A DNA stretch of 64,000 nucleotides. It comes from Octopus sinensis (Eukaryota). Below, one piece after another: positions 1 to 12,169 of the stretch (the stretch's first letter is position 1; every line of letters begins with the position of its first letter). The stretch spans positions 112,282,001 to 112,346,000 of the forward strand of contig NC_042998.1 of NCBI RefSeq assembly GCF_006345805.1. The letters are read 5' to 3'. Under the pieces are notes generated by a model. The model was not told the DNA's origin and searched no databases. It saw only the letters and a program-made list of their open reading frames with translations. A program made the translations under genes and the position numbers.

Positions 1-233
1 TAACTCGAGACCATGTGATTCAGAACCAAGCTTACCCCTCAGCGCCGTATATATATATATATATACATATACACACGCGTGCGCGCGCACATACACACGC
101 ACACACACACACATATATATATAGCAAGAAAAAGGAGGAAGAGAATTTCGACTACCCCCACTTGGTGAGTTGTAATGCAAAAAGGTTATATATAAAATAA
201 AAGAAGGAAAATATACACATTTTAAATTATTTT

Positions 234-427
234 AATATATTTTAAAGGAAAGAGTATAGTGGTTGTCGACCGGTCTCGCTTTCGCTCATCATAACATTGA
301 AATTTTAGTAATTTCGCATTTTCTTATTTTCTTAAGAAAATACAAAATTACAATAATTTCAATGTCATGATTAGCGAAAGCGAAACTGATCACATCAACT
401 ACAATACTCTTTCGTTTAAAATATATT
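234..427. mobile_element. Palindromic fold-back/MITE-like element (~195 bp imperfect hairpin)
   Basis: 234-303 (aatatattttaaaggaaagagtatagtggttg…cgctttcgctcatcataacattgaaatt) is the imperfect reverse complement of 355-427 (aatttcaatgtcatgattagcgaaagcg…tactctttcgtttaaaatatatt). The centre is the palindrome attttcttaagaaaat at 325-340. Confidence 0.6.
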
Positions 428-577
428 AGAACTATGTAAACTGTGCGCAATTTTCTTCTTTAATTATATATATATATATTGTATGTGTGTGTGTGTTTAA
501 AAGTGCCTGATGTAATTCGTCGATGCTTGTCAGATTTATTACCTAAGCTTTGTGTAAAAATATTACTATTTCTTACT

Positions 578-580
<3 letters not shown>

Positions 581-625
<45 letters not shown>

Positions 626-634
626 TGTGTGTGT
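581..634. repeat. (GT)n microsatellite
   Basis: Direct dinucleotide run. Confidence 0.95.
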
Positions 635-2132
635 AAGAAAGCAATCTGAAATGAACGGGTACAATTGCAATTTGAAATAGGATCATGTTATCATTTCTTT
701 AGTAACTTATCTTTCCCTTCGACCTAATTTGTTATCTGGTTTCACATCCCCATCTTACTTTTGGGTGCCTGAAACTCTGTCCAATCTATTGCAGGCATTC
801 AACCCACGTCTCTGATCTGAAAACGCATCACTATCTTCATATCTCGTGTCCTAATGACTCATCCACGTGTCGAGATTTCTTATGCTTTTTTTCTCATACC
901 TGTCCACTAAACTCTATGAATATCGTAGATGCAGCTCTTCTTCATCTGATGAAGCTGTCATAATTCATTTCTTGCGAACATATCTTTACCCTGCTACGTA
1001 TGCTTCCATTGTCAAGTAAGTTATTGTATTTCAAAATTTTAGTGAAACAATATATCTACGAAATCATTAAGAATCACATATTCCAGAAAATAAAATAAAT
1101 AATAAATGTTGCTGCTGTTACAGTTATTTATTTATTTATTTATCTATTTATTCAGCTATATATTCATTTATTTATTTTTGATGTGAAATTCCATTACTGT
1201 TGAGAGAATCAAGAATGTTATTGAATCAGATTTTGACAGAGATTGTTAAAACAAAATACATTAACAGATCAGAAACTGATATCTTAAGTATCAATTTTAC
1301 CTCTACTCAGTTCTGCTGACAAATTACGTATGTTATTTTTTGAAAGCTTCAAGTTAAGGTAATATGAGTCAACGACACGGTTTCAATATTTACTTGTAAT
1401 CATTTCGCTTCACTTACACAGTAGCTAACGTTCTTCAGGAACATAAGAATGTCACATGTCCTATTTCCCATTCCCTCTGCTTTTATTTTCATTTTTATTT
1501 TTATCTATATTTTGTTGCTGTTGTTATTGTTATAAATCTGATGTGTGCATAGAGAAAAGAAATTGCTATTGGTTTATTTGGATCAGAGATGTGTAATAAA
1601 CAAGATTGAAACATCAAGTAACCTCATTCTCTGCTTGATCTTTTGTAGCCAACAAGCGATTAGCTGAATTGACTTGAAGAGAATGAATATTGTTTCTTGA
1701 CACATTCAGATATTTCTACACAGCATTAATAACGTAATTCAAGTGGAACAGAGTTCAGAAAACTTTGTGACACTCCTCATCACTAAACGTGTGAAGGGGT
1801 GTGAGGTGTTAGATGGGAGTTAGTGAGTTATATATCAGGGCCTCCTCACGCGCGCGCGCACACACATCAAAGAGAAATTGCCCAAGGTCGGTAGACTTTG
1901 CTCTCTCTCTCTTTGTTTTTCCGTCTCTCTTTCTTTTTGTTTCCCTCTCTCACAGTCTGAAACATAAAGCTCTATCCTGGACACGATTCAAGATGGAGGA
2001 AGAGTGATATTGTTGATATTTAACTTCAGGTCACATCTGATTGAACAAGCTGACGACTGACCTATCCATAACTACTTCATCTTTTGTCCAAAAGTATATC
2101 TGTATCAAACTACATTATTTAATGCACTCACC

Positions 2133-2330
2133 AGGCGACGAGCTAGCAGGATCGTTATAACGCTTAGCGGCATTTTGCCTGACTTTCCGTTCTGAGCTCA
2201 AATGCCGGCGAGTTCGATTTGCCTTTGATCCCTTCGGAATCGATAAAATAAGTACCAGTTGAGCACTAGGGTTGACGTAATTGACTTATCTCCTCCCTCG
2301 AAATTGTGCCAACATTTGAAATCAATATTT
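2133..2330 (+). mobile_element. tRNA-derived SINE, family B (degenerate)
   Basis: Contains gttctgagctcaaatgcc (B-box-like) followed by tttgcctttgatcccttcgg…gataaaataagtaccagttgagcact, homologous to the many other copies in the window. Confidence 0.7.
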
Positions 2331-3174
2331 GATACTCTCATTATGTTCTAAAGCTTTAGAATACGATTTGAGGAAAAATATTGACTGTTATTTCTAATAG
2401 ATCTAGCAACGACGAAGCGACTGACACGTTGGTTCGAAAAAATGTGAAGCTAATAGTATAAAGTAGATATCTGAAATTGTTTTTCTTTGCCAAAACATAA
2501 CAGTGAGAGCAACGAACTCAAGTAAAAGTTAGAAAGGCAACGACGGAAATGTGATAATGTTTCACAATATTTCTGTACTACTTACTCACAAAACAACAAT
2601 ATTGACAACAAACCCAACAACATACGAATATAGTTAACCGTAAAGTAAAAACGAAAGATAGAAAAAAAGAGAAGAAAATACACTAGAATTGTAAAACTTT
2701 CTAACTGACGAGGAAGATTCTGCACTATAGCATGATCAGCTAGAATTAACTTCATCAAATCATATCCTATCTTAAAATAAAGAAACCCTGGACAATGTCA
2801 TCCTGGATATCTTGGATTCTAAAAATACGGAAGATTACGGATCTGAAAAACCTTTATCAAGGGGTTCAAAACAATAAACTTCGAGTCGAGTCAATGACAC
2901 AAAAATCTGCAGAGGTTCACTTCATCTCATTACATTGCTCCAACATTACTACATACTAGTTACACTCACGAGTTACACTCACATTCTACTCAACAAACAG
3001 ACGAAGATAAAAGTACTATCAGAATCAGTAATATTGATGTAATATACAAATCCTATCCAAAACCCTCCAAATACTAAGATGTATAAGAAGCACCACGGAA
3101 ATGAAGGTATATCTGGTGGCGTAGTAGAAACTTGTATGAAACTGGCTAAAAAATATGCCTATTCTCTCTCTCTC

Positions 3175-3576
3175 TCTCTCTTTACTTGTTTCAGTCATTT
3201 GACTGCGGCCATGCTGGAGCACCGCCTTTATTCGAGCAAATCGACCCCGGGACTTATTCTTTGTAAGCCCAGTACTTATTCTATCGGTCTCTTTTGCCGA
3301 ACCGCTAAGTGACGGTGACGTAAACACACCAGCATCGGTTGTCAAGCAATGCTAGGGGGACAAACACAGACACACACACACACACACATACATACATATA
3401 TATACATATATACGACAGGCTTCTTTCAGTTTCCGTCTACTAAATCCACTCACAAGGCATTGGTCGGCCCGGGGCTATAGCAGAAGACACTTGCCCAAGA
3501 TGCCACGCAGTGGGACTGAACCCGGAACCATGTGGTTGGTTAGCAAACTACTTACCACACAGCCACTCCTGCGCCT
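3175..3576 (-). mobile_element. tRNA-derived SINE, family A, full length, with central (CA)/(TA) microsatellite
   Basis: The reverse complement starts aggcgcaggagtggctgtgtggtaag…ggttccgggttcagtcccac (A/B boxes) and ends gactgaaacaagtaaaagag. Nearly identical to 11177-11726. Confidence 0.9.
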
Positions 3577-3629
3577 GCTATAACAATATTTACTTTTATT
3601 AAAGATATAAAACTTCAATTTTTTTTTTA

Positions 3630-3790
3630 AGGAGGGGATTAGTTGATGTCGTTGATCTCAGTACTGAATTTTACTTTATGTTATCGACCCTGAAAGAATA
3701 AGAAGTAATGAATGAGTTCGGCGGGATTGGAAATCAAAACGTGAAGATCCAAAACAAATATAGGAAAACATTTTAACGATTCTAACGTTG
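3630..3790 (-). mobile_element. SINE family B remnant
   Basis: tcgaccctgaaagaat…ggcgggattggaaatcaaaacgt resembles the family B minus-strand core. Confidence 0.45.
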
Positions 3791-5559
3791 TTTATCTGAT
3801 CCTTGTTTGTATGAAATTTACTTCATACGATATTAATGATTTCCTCCCATGGGTTAGAGATTCACAAAGTATTTACTTTCTGATTTGTTGAAACAAACAT
3901 TTTTTTCTTTATTTATTTCCATAAAATACTGAAAGTATCAATTACAACAATCTTCGTTACTCAGATTTTTTCTGATTTCAATTTTCAAATATTTGTATTG
4001 ATTCAATCTTTGTTTTCCTGGGATAGCTTTTAAAAAAATGTTCATAATGTATCTCTTAGAAACCCTATGCAAATTAGAATGGATATGCTTTCTTTTCGTT
4101 CGTTTTTGTTTGTAATATGTTGTTCATATATATTTCTTTTCTCTTAGGCGCTTTCTAAATTCAACTTTCTTTTTAATTTCTTTTCTACAAGGAAGTTTGA
4201 ACATAAAAGAAAATAATAATCAAAATTTTAGTATGATAGTTCAATAAATATCTGTGACAGGTTTCAGTTTATTTTAGAAGTAGTTCTGTATAATTTCAGT
4301 TGACTTTAGCATGAACTTGTGAGAATTTTGTATTAGCTTTGAATAATAATATATTTATTGAGATATAACAAAACCTTCGAACCTTTAGAACATTTCTTTG
4401 TCTGGTTTATATGATCTATCGCACACATCTGTTTATTTGTTGCTACTAATAGTTTAAGAACTATAGATTATTGAAAGTAGAAAAAAAAAAATTTAATTTA
4501 AAAACATTTAACTGTCTCTCAAACTCAACTTGATTCAATTTAAATATTCTTGTCCAGTGTTTCCTTCGAAATATGTGGCTTTATGCCAATCAATTTAAGA
4601 CTAACACTAATTGACTTGAAAACTGTTTTATGGTAGACGGTACCATTTCACTAAACTGGCCCATTACATTGATAATTTTACTGCACTGCGAAGCAGTTGC
4701 TAAAAATGGCATCTGAGAATGTTGGTAAATATCTACCAGACTAGATAAAGATTATTGATTTTGTCAAATTAAACTAAAGACTAGTAATTTATTGCATTAT
4801 TAGTTTCCATAGTAAAAAGCTATTTGCAACAATGCTTTTAACTTGTGTCGAAAGAGCAAACTGGTGAAGATTTTCTGGAGCCAAACAAAGAGATGATCCG
4901 AAAAAGATTGATAGCAGCTGTTCTAGTATCTAATATTATCTGCTAAGAGCTAAGTATAATCTGTGAGTAACTGAAATAAATACCCGATATACATCAATAT
5001 ACCAAATATACTGAAGTCATTTCAAAAGTCTTCATTCACTTTATTCGGTGGATTATATTACAGTAGCCCTTACAATATTATTACTTTTATCCTCTCCATT
5101 ATTCCTTTATTCATTACTTTATTCTCGTTCATTAATTCACTCTTTCTTTCTTTATTTTTCTTTATTCCTTTACTTGTTTAATCATTCAAACATTCATTCA
5201 TTCATTCTTTATTCCTGAGTTAATTCATTTCTTAATGTTTTTTCTTCATTTATTCCTGCATTCATCCATTTATACATTCAGCCACTCATTTAGTTATTCG
5301 TTTATTCTGTCATTTATTCATTCCTTCTACCTTTATTCATACAATTGTTCTTTCTTCCTTTATTCTTTTATTCAATCATTCATTTATTCATTCAAACTAG
5401 GTGCCAAACTACTATACCCTTGATGATTTCCACTAAGGCATTGTCATTCACTTTAGACTATGCTGAGTGATATCTGAAAAAGAGAGGAGGCGGCAAAGGG
5501 CATCACTCAAGGAACGCTGCGTCCCATAGATACCTATATATTTCATACTGATCACATCA

Positions 5560-5860
5560 ACGCTTCACATTATGTCAGTTGACTGGATATACTTTGTAGA
5601 CTTTGCATAAAGTTATATTAACCTTTGTAAAAGATATTAATAGTTTATCTATAAAGGAAAACGTAGACATGCTTCTAGAAACATACACACTTTCTACAAG
5701 CATATTTCTAAGAACGCACATACTTCTACAAACCAGAACACTACCACAAACACGCACTTGCCAATTCATAGATTTTTATAAACACAAAGACTTCGCTAGA
5801 CACAGGCTTTTACAAACAAGCTTGTCTTCTATAAGCAGAAAGACTTCTATAAAGCATACA
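5560..5860. repeat. Degenerate tandem repeat, period ~18 bp
   Basis: Recurring units such as acttctacaaac, atttttataaacac, cttttacaaacaag, gacttctataaagc. Confidence 0.4.
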
Positions 5861-5861
5861 T

Positions 5862-6178
5862 AGACGAAGACGAGAGAGGTATGCAGTGGTGTCCATATGG
5901 GAAATCCTGGAAGGGCTGACACCAAACTTTGATATCGAGAGCTATAACAGCCCCGAACTGGATGTCTGCACTGCTCCAAAAATCCCAGCTATCCTGTATT
6001 GAGTGAAGTTCATGTACTACAATAGCTTGGGATTCAAGGGCTCACAACTATATGATGATATACCAAAGCATCTGGAGTAGGGATAGATGTTTTCGACCTA
6101 TCCTAGGTCTCATGTGAATCTATAGCAATGGGAGGCAACTCAGAGATGGTAGCGGTGTCGAACACTCCTCCTTCACTA
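5862..6178 (+). mobile_element. CR1/L2-type LINE 3' ORF2 remnant
   Basis: Manual translation from 5862 gives RRRRERYAVVSIWEILEGLTPNFDIESY…NSLGFKGSQLYDDIPKHL, the typical C-terminal tail of CR1/L2-group RT ORFs, with an internal stop. Confidence 0.6.
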
Positions 6179-6597
6179 AAAGTCAATCACACAAGATTGG
6201 TTATTGAAAAGGTGATTATACTGGCAGTGCTCCAGCGCGGCTACGGTCTTAGTGATAAAACATATAAAAGAATAAAAGAGTAAACGAACACTTCTACAAA
6301 TAACTTGATCGTTACAGTAAAAAAGGATCTTCTTGACGGAAATAGGACTAGATTATGTTTGAAATATTTCATCCAGGTTGAACTTTCAATAAAAACAGGG
6401 GAAGAAGAGTGTAGTGAAAACCCGATTGTTTCACACGTAAATCGGCTCACACGCTCAAACATGCTGAACACAATAAGGTCTAGGGTGACAGAGCCATTGC
6501 TATGAGACCAACAGTTCAACTGATTCAATGCAATTCCTATAGCACACTCTGAAACCAACTACTTGCACGCACATACGCGCAGCACACGCGCACACAG

Positions 6598-6634
<37 letters not shown>

Positions 6635-6955
6635 ACTACACTATACAATATTCAGAATATTTCAGCTGTCCTGGTACCGCTCAAATCTATACGTGTTTTT
6701 CAATTAAGCAGGCCAACACACTACCCAGTCCAGCTGTCATCGTTTATATTTCTCAGATTTCATTCAAAAGAACGTAGTAAAGACAGACGGATCTGAGATA
6801 TCAGTCTGGTGAATCATTAATCATGTAATTGCATCAACCATCGCAGTGTTAAGACTTACATCATCTTTTAATATACTAAGCATCGTGACCGGCTTCATTC
6901 GCTACAGTAGGTTGCATATCAACATATGAACAAAAAGACTAAACGAACACACACA

Positions 6956-6986
<31 letters not shown>

Positions 6987-7070
6987 GCAAACTCGCACAC
7001 ATATACATACAAAGACTTGAACACCATCAGACAAACAGAAACTCACACATTAATCAGCTATATGTATACA

Positions 7071-7815
7071 TACGAGGTAGTATCAAAAGTTTTCGGATTA
7101 GTTATGTTTAATAAAAAAAAAACAACTTATTTACCTAAGTTTTAGCATCATCTCTTTCAAAATAGTCACCTTGCGCAGCATTACACCGGTCCCAGCGTTC
7201 CTGCCACTTTTGGAATCCGGCCTGAAAGTCGTTTTCCGTAAGCGAGTTGAGGACCTGCTGTGATTCGCTCTGGATCTCGACAACGATGTTAAAACGGTGA
7301 CCTTTGAACTGCTTTTTCATCTTGGTAAAGTCCGGAGGTGCTAAATCTAGTGAATAGGGCGGGTCCAGAAGAGATAACTCGTTGTTTTGGGCGAGAAACT
7401 CACGAGTGAGGAGAGCTCAGTGACAGGGTGCATTGTCGTCGTAAATAATCCAGCCCTACAGAACCGGTCGCTTACGTTGAATGCCCTTCCTAAACGGCTT
7501 CAAAACGTCGCAGTATAACTCTCGATTGACGGTTTGCTCCTGGGGGATGAATTCTCGATGCGCAATGCATTTCCGGGGGTGACACTCGTGGAAGCTCTTC
7601 CAGATCACTCATCGTCTTCCGGGGACGTTCTTCCGTTTTTGAAATGCCTCTACAGCATACCCGTTTTCAAAAAAAAAAAAGAAGAAAAACCCACAAATTT
7701 CACAATTTGCGAAGTAAACACAGCGATGTCACTCGGTACACTACCTCATGCATGCAGCCGTGTACTGCCATCTGTTGGCATGCTACAGAGCAAGTCCAAG
7801 AAACCACCTCGAATA
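7071..7815 (-). mobile_element. Internally deleted mariner (Tc1/mariner) DNA transposon
   Basis: Minus strand encodes FKNGRTSPEDDE*SGRASTS (N-terminal part) fused to IIYDDNAPCH*…PPYSLDLAPPDF…KGHRF…FQKWQERWDRCNAAQGDYFE (catalytic C-terminus). TA plus TIR cgaggtagtatcaaaagttttcgga at 7071-7097; the opposite TIR is degenerate near 7793-7815. Confidence 0.88.
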
Positions 7816-7876
7816 CATTGCACGCGTATGCACGCGCGCGCGCGCGCACACACACGCACACACAAACAAAGAAGTA

Positions 7877-9700
7877 CCGGCAGATGTACCTGATGTTGCT
7901 CGGGTGTTGAAGTGTAGAATTTTTTATTAAATTTTAATAACTTAACTTCTAGCAATTTTTATATAATCGTCTGTACGTAATTATATTTGCGTATGTTTTA
8001 TTGCCCACAGGTCTAAAATTGAATTTTTCTAGATTTCTGTGATATGTGAAGTTTTTGATACTGTATTTATTGATACGTTTAACTTCGTGGCTTAAGAAAA
8101 TATTATAGTTATGATTTTATTTATTTATTTATTTATCTATTTGATTCCAAATTATATGCAACACATAAATGAAAAACATTCCTCACTGAAGCGCGTTTTT
8201 TTTTTTTTCAGGAAGAACTCTTGAAATAGACAATACTTCTTGCTCTGCTTCTTGTTACTCAGATAAAAAAAATGTACGTGGTGGGATGAAGGGAATGCAT
8301 AGAATGAAAACATCTCTATTAGCACAAGCAGTAATAATGTTGGTTTCACTCAGAATAAGGATTTTGACATAATATTGCACTATTAGAGAATTTTCGTCCA
8401 TCCAAATTCTGCGCCAACATAACTTTTGCTCCTATTTTCAAGTACAAATTGTTACAAGAGGCTGCATTGGATTGAAGTTGATTAAGAAACCCAGTTGTAT
8501 AGTCTGCAGTATCGTTAATGTGAACTACAGTGTGCACTCTGTGCATTAAACACCCTACTCAGTATCATTTCTTTTTAGCTTAGAAAGCCCCTGGTTGTTT
8601 TTGTAATTCTGTGTGAGTCTAGGATACACTTTTCATTAAAGATTCATGTTTTGTTTTTTATTTTGACATCTGCACTCATAGCGTCAATGAATAACTTAAC
8701 ATTGCCCCTAATTACTGTTAAACGTTAGCTATTTGGGCTGCTTGGACATCTCTACTTTGATCTAATAAAAATATTGACCTTTTCCTTTTGTCTGCTTCTT
8801 CGAGGCATGCTCTCAAATCATCAGCAGATGTGACTTTTGGTATGACTAGCAGTTTGCCAGAAATCCCAAGATTGCAAGATTGTGACTCCAACCATGATGT
8901 TCATGCTAACTCTGAGATGCTGTAAGGTAAAATACAAGTCTGTGAGTCAGTACGTATTCAACCCCATACACAGAGTTCGGTCTGCTTCCGATTTCAACCA
9001 ACCAAAATCCTTTGCGAATATTGAACACAGGATTGTCATTGTATACAAAGATGAATGAGAGCATAGAAGCAGAATGAGCAATCTTGCTACCTGTAAGCAA
9101 ATTTGCTGCAATTTCAGATGAGACCTCATTATTAATCTGCTTGAAGGAACGAACTTTTTGACAAACTCCCATTTTACTTATTCCACCAAAAGAAATAGGA
9201 AAAGTATTTATCTCGAGTCAGTTGTTTCTAATTGTTAGAGACTTGTATAAGTTTTGTTTATTTGGAACCAAGAGCGCTTAATTTGGTGAATATATTATTC
9301 CAGTTATTGAATACGACCCCTAGGTGCCTACAGAACCCCTCAATTGAGGACTGCAGCTATAGTTCGTGCTGGAGCTGGTAGTCATCAGTTCAAGATCCTT
9401 GCCAGTCAGGAACTGTAAAATATTTTAAATATCGGATTACTACTTGGCAAAGGTAAACTCTAGGAGTGAGTTCTTTTTTCCCTTTTTCTAGAAGTAATGC
9501 CAAAATTGTTGAAAACTGGACTGTGAATAAGTACTACAAGGTCTTTCTTTGTCTTGCCGAAAAATGCAGTTCCAGTTTTCATTATCTTCCAAGAAGCATC
9601 TTCTCGGTCCACTTTTTCAGAAATTTGCATTTACTTATCAAAATATTTGGTTTGGGGCCCGGGGATGATATTGAGCCATAAATGTTAGCAAGGAACTGAT
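7877..9700 (-). mobile_element. Helitron remnant (PIF1-type helicase of RepHel, frameshifted)
   Basis: Minus-strand pieces lie in canonical order: CFLEDNENWN; GGISKM (Walker A-like); SSEIAANLLTGSKIAHS; VGVTILQSWDFWQ/LLVIPK..ADDLRACL (GDFRQ motif); YTTGFLNQLQ…LYLKIGAKVMLAQNLD; ETNIITACANRDVFILCIPFIP; SNKKQS. The 3' end has a hairpin acccga-gcaaca-tcaggt then CCGG|T at 7880-7876. The 5' end may extend to ~10270. Confidence 0.8.
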
Positions 9701-10356
9701 TGTGATTTTTTCAACAGCATTTTAAAATTCCTTATTTTAAAATAATATATTGGAAAAGTTAGTACGCGGTTTCAAATACTATACAAGAGAAGCAATTGAC
9801 TCTTGTATTATTTCGCGATTCAGTTTGTTTCTACTTCTACAATATTAAATATTACGTTATATGTATGAGGTGAACCCCAGTATGGCCGCAGACTAATGAC
9901 TGGAACAGATAATATTTTAAATTCTAAAGGCAAATTCACTGCATTTACCGTCGGGAAACAATCTCTCCTCTGCTAAAAGTTGTAAAACAGCCTATTTTCC
10001 CAGTGCTTCCCCCTATAGGATCCCCATACGCCTGTTTCTGATTTTATAACCATTGAAGAGAGATAATCCTAAGAAGATTCAAAGCCGTATCTTTAACTAA
10101 AAAGCTGCAGCGGGCCAATCGCCGTGCCCCTCTCGTCTGCCGACTTAGTCGCTGGCCTTCGCTATTCGACCGCCTGATTGGGATAAATATAGCAGCATCA
10201 GTGTTATCAGTGATCAGGAATAAACGAACTTAGGGTTAATTAAAATATGTTTGTGACATATTAAGATAGAATCTTGTTCTTCACGTTAACTGCATTGAAT
10301 TTGCCTTTAAAAGTTTAAAATATGTCACAAATATATTTTAACTAACAAAAAGTTCA

Positions 10357-10396
<40 letters not shown>

Positions 10397-10584
10397 GTGT
10401 GTGTGTGTGTGTGTGTGCGTGTGTGTGTGTATGTGTGTGTGTGTGACTGAGTTATGAACATCCACGTTTCTAGAAATAAGAGCTAAACACTTTAATGTTG
10501 TAGTCAAAGCACATAATTGTTTACAACACCCTCAGTCATATTTAATGACGGTTATAGTTCTTGTTTGCTTACTGCTGCGTATAT

Positions 10585-10735
<151 letters not shown>

Positions 10736-10787
10736 TATGCGCACACACATACACACACACACACACATATAGATATACATATATAAA

Positions 10788-11869
<1,082 letters not shown>

Positions 11870-12029
11870 TCATAAATAATTCAAATACCCATATCAATCT
11901 ATGCAAAACTAATATATTTAGTTTTTCACTGAACACTGGTATAAACTAGAGAACTAGGATGCAAACGTCCCTTAAAGGATTATAGGTCCTTGGTATAAAT
12001 ATAAATAAATAAATAAATATATATATAAT

Positions 12030-12088
<59 letters not shown>

Positions 12089-12169
12089 CATAATACATAC
12101 ATACATACATACATACAACATACATACATACATACATACATACATACATACATACATCAAATTTACAAC

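Noticed and set aside
946-981. CTGATGAAGC…GCGAAC hammerhead-like string
   Set aside because: GAAC instead of GAAA, weak stem II, no stem III or stem I support.
6330-6545. Second CR1/L2-like tail remnant
   Set aside because: Only a frameshifted QLFNAIP-like hint; too weak to list as a feature.
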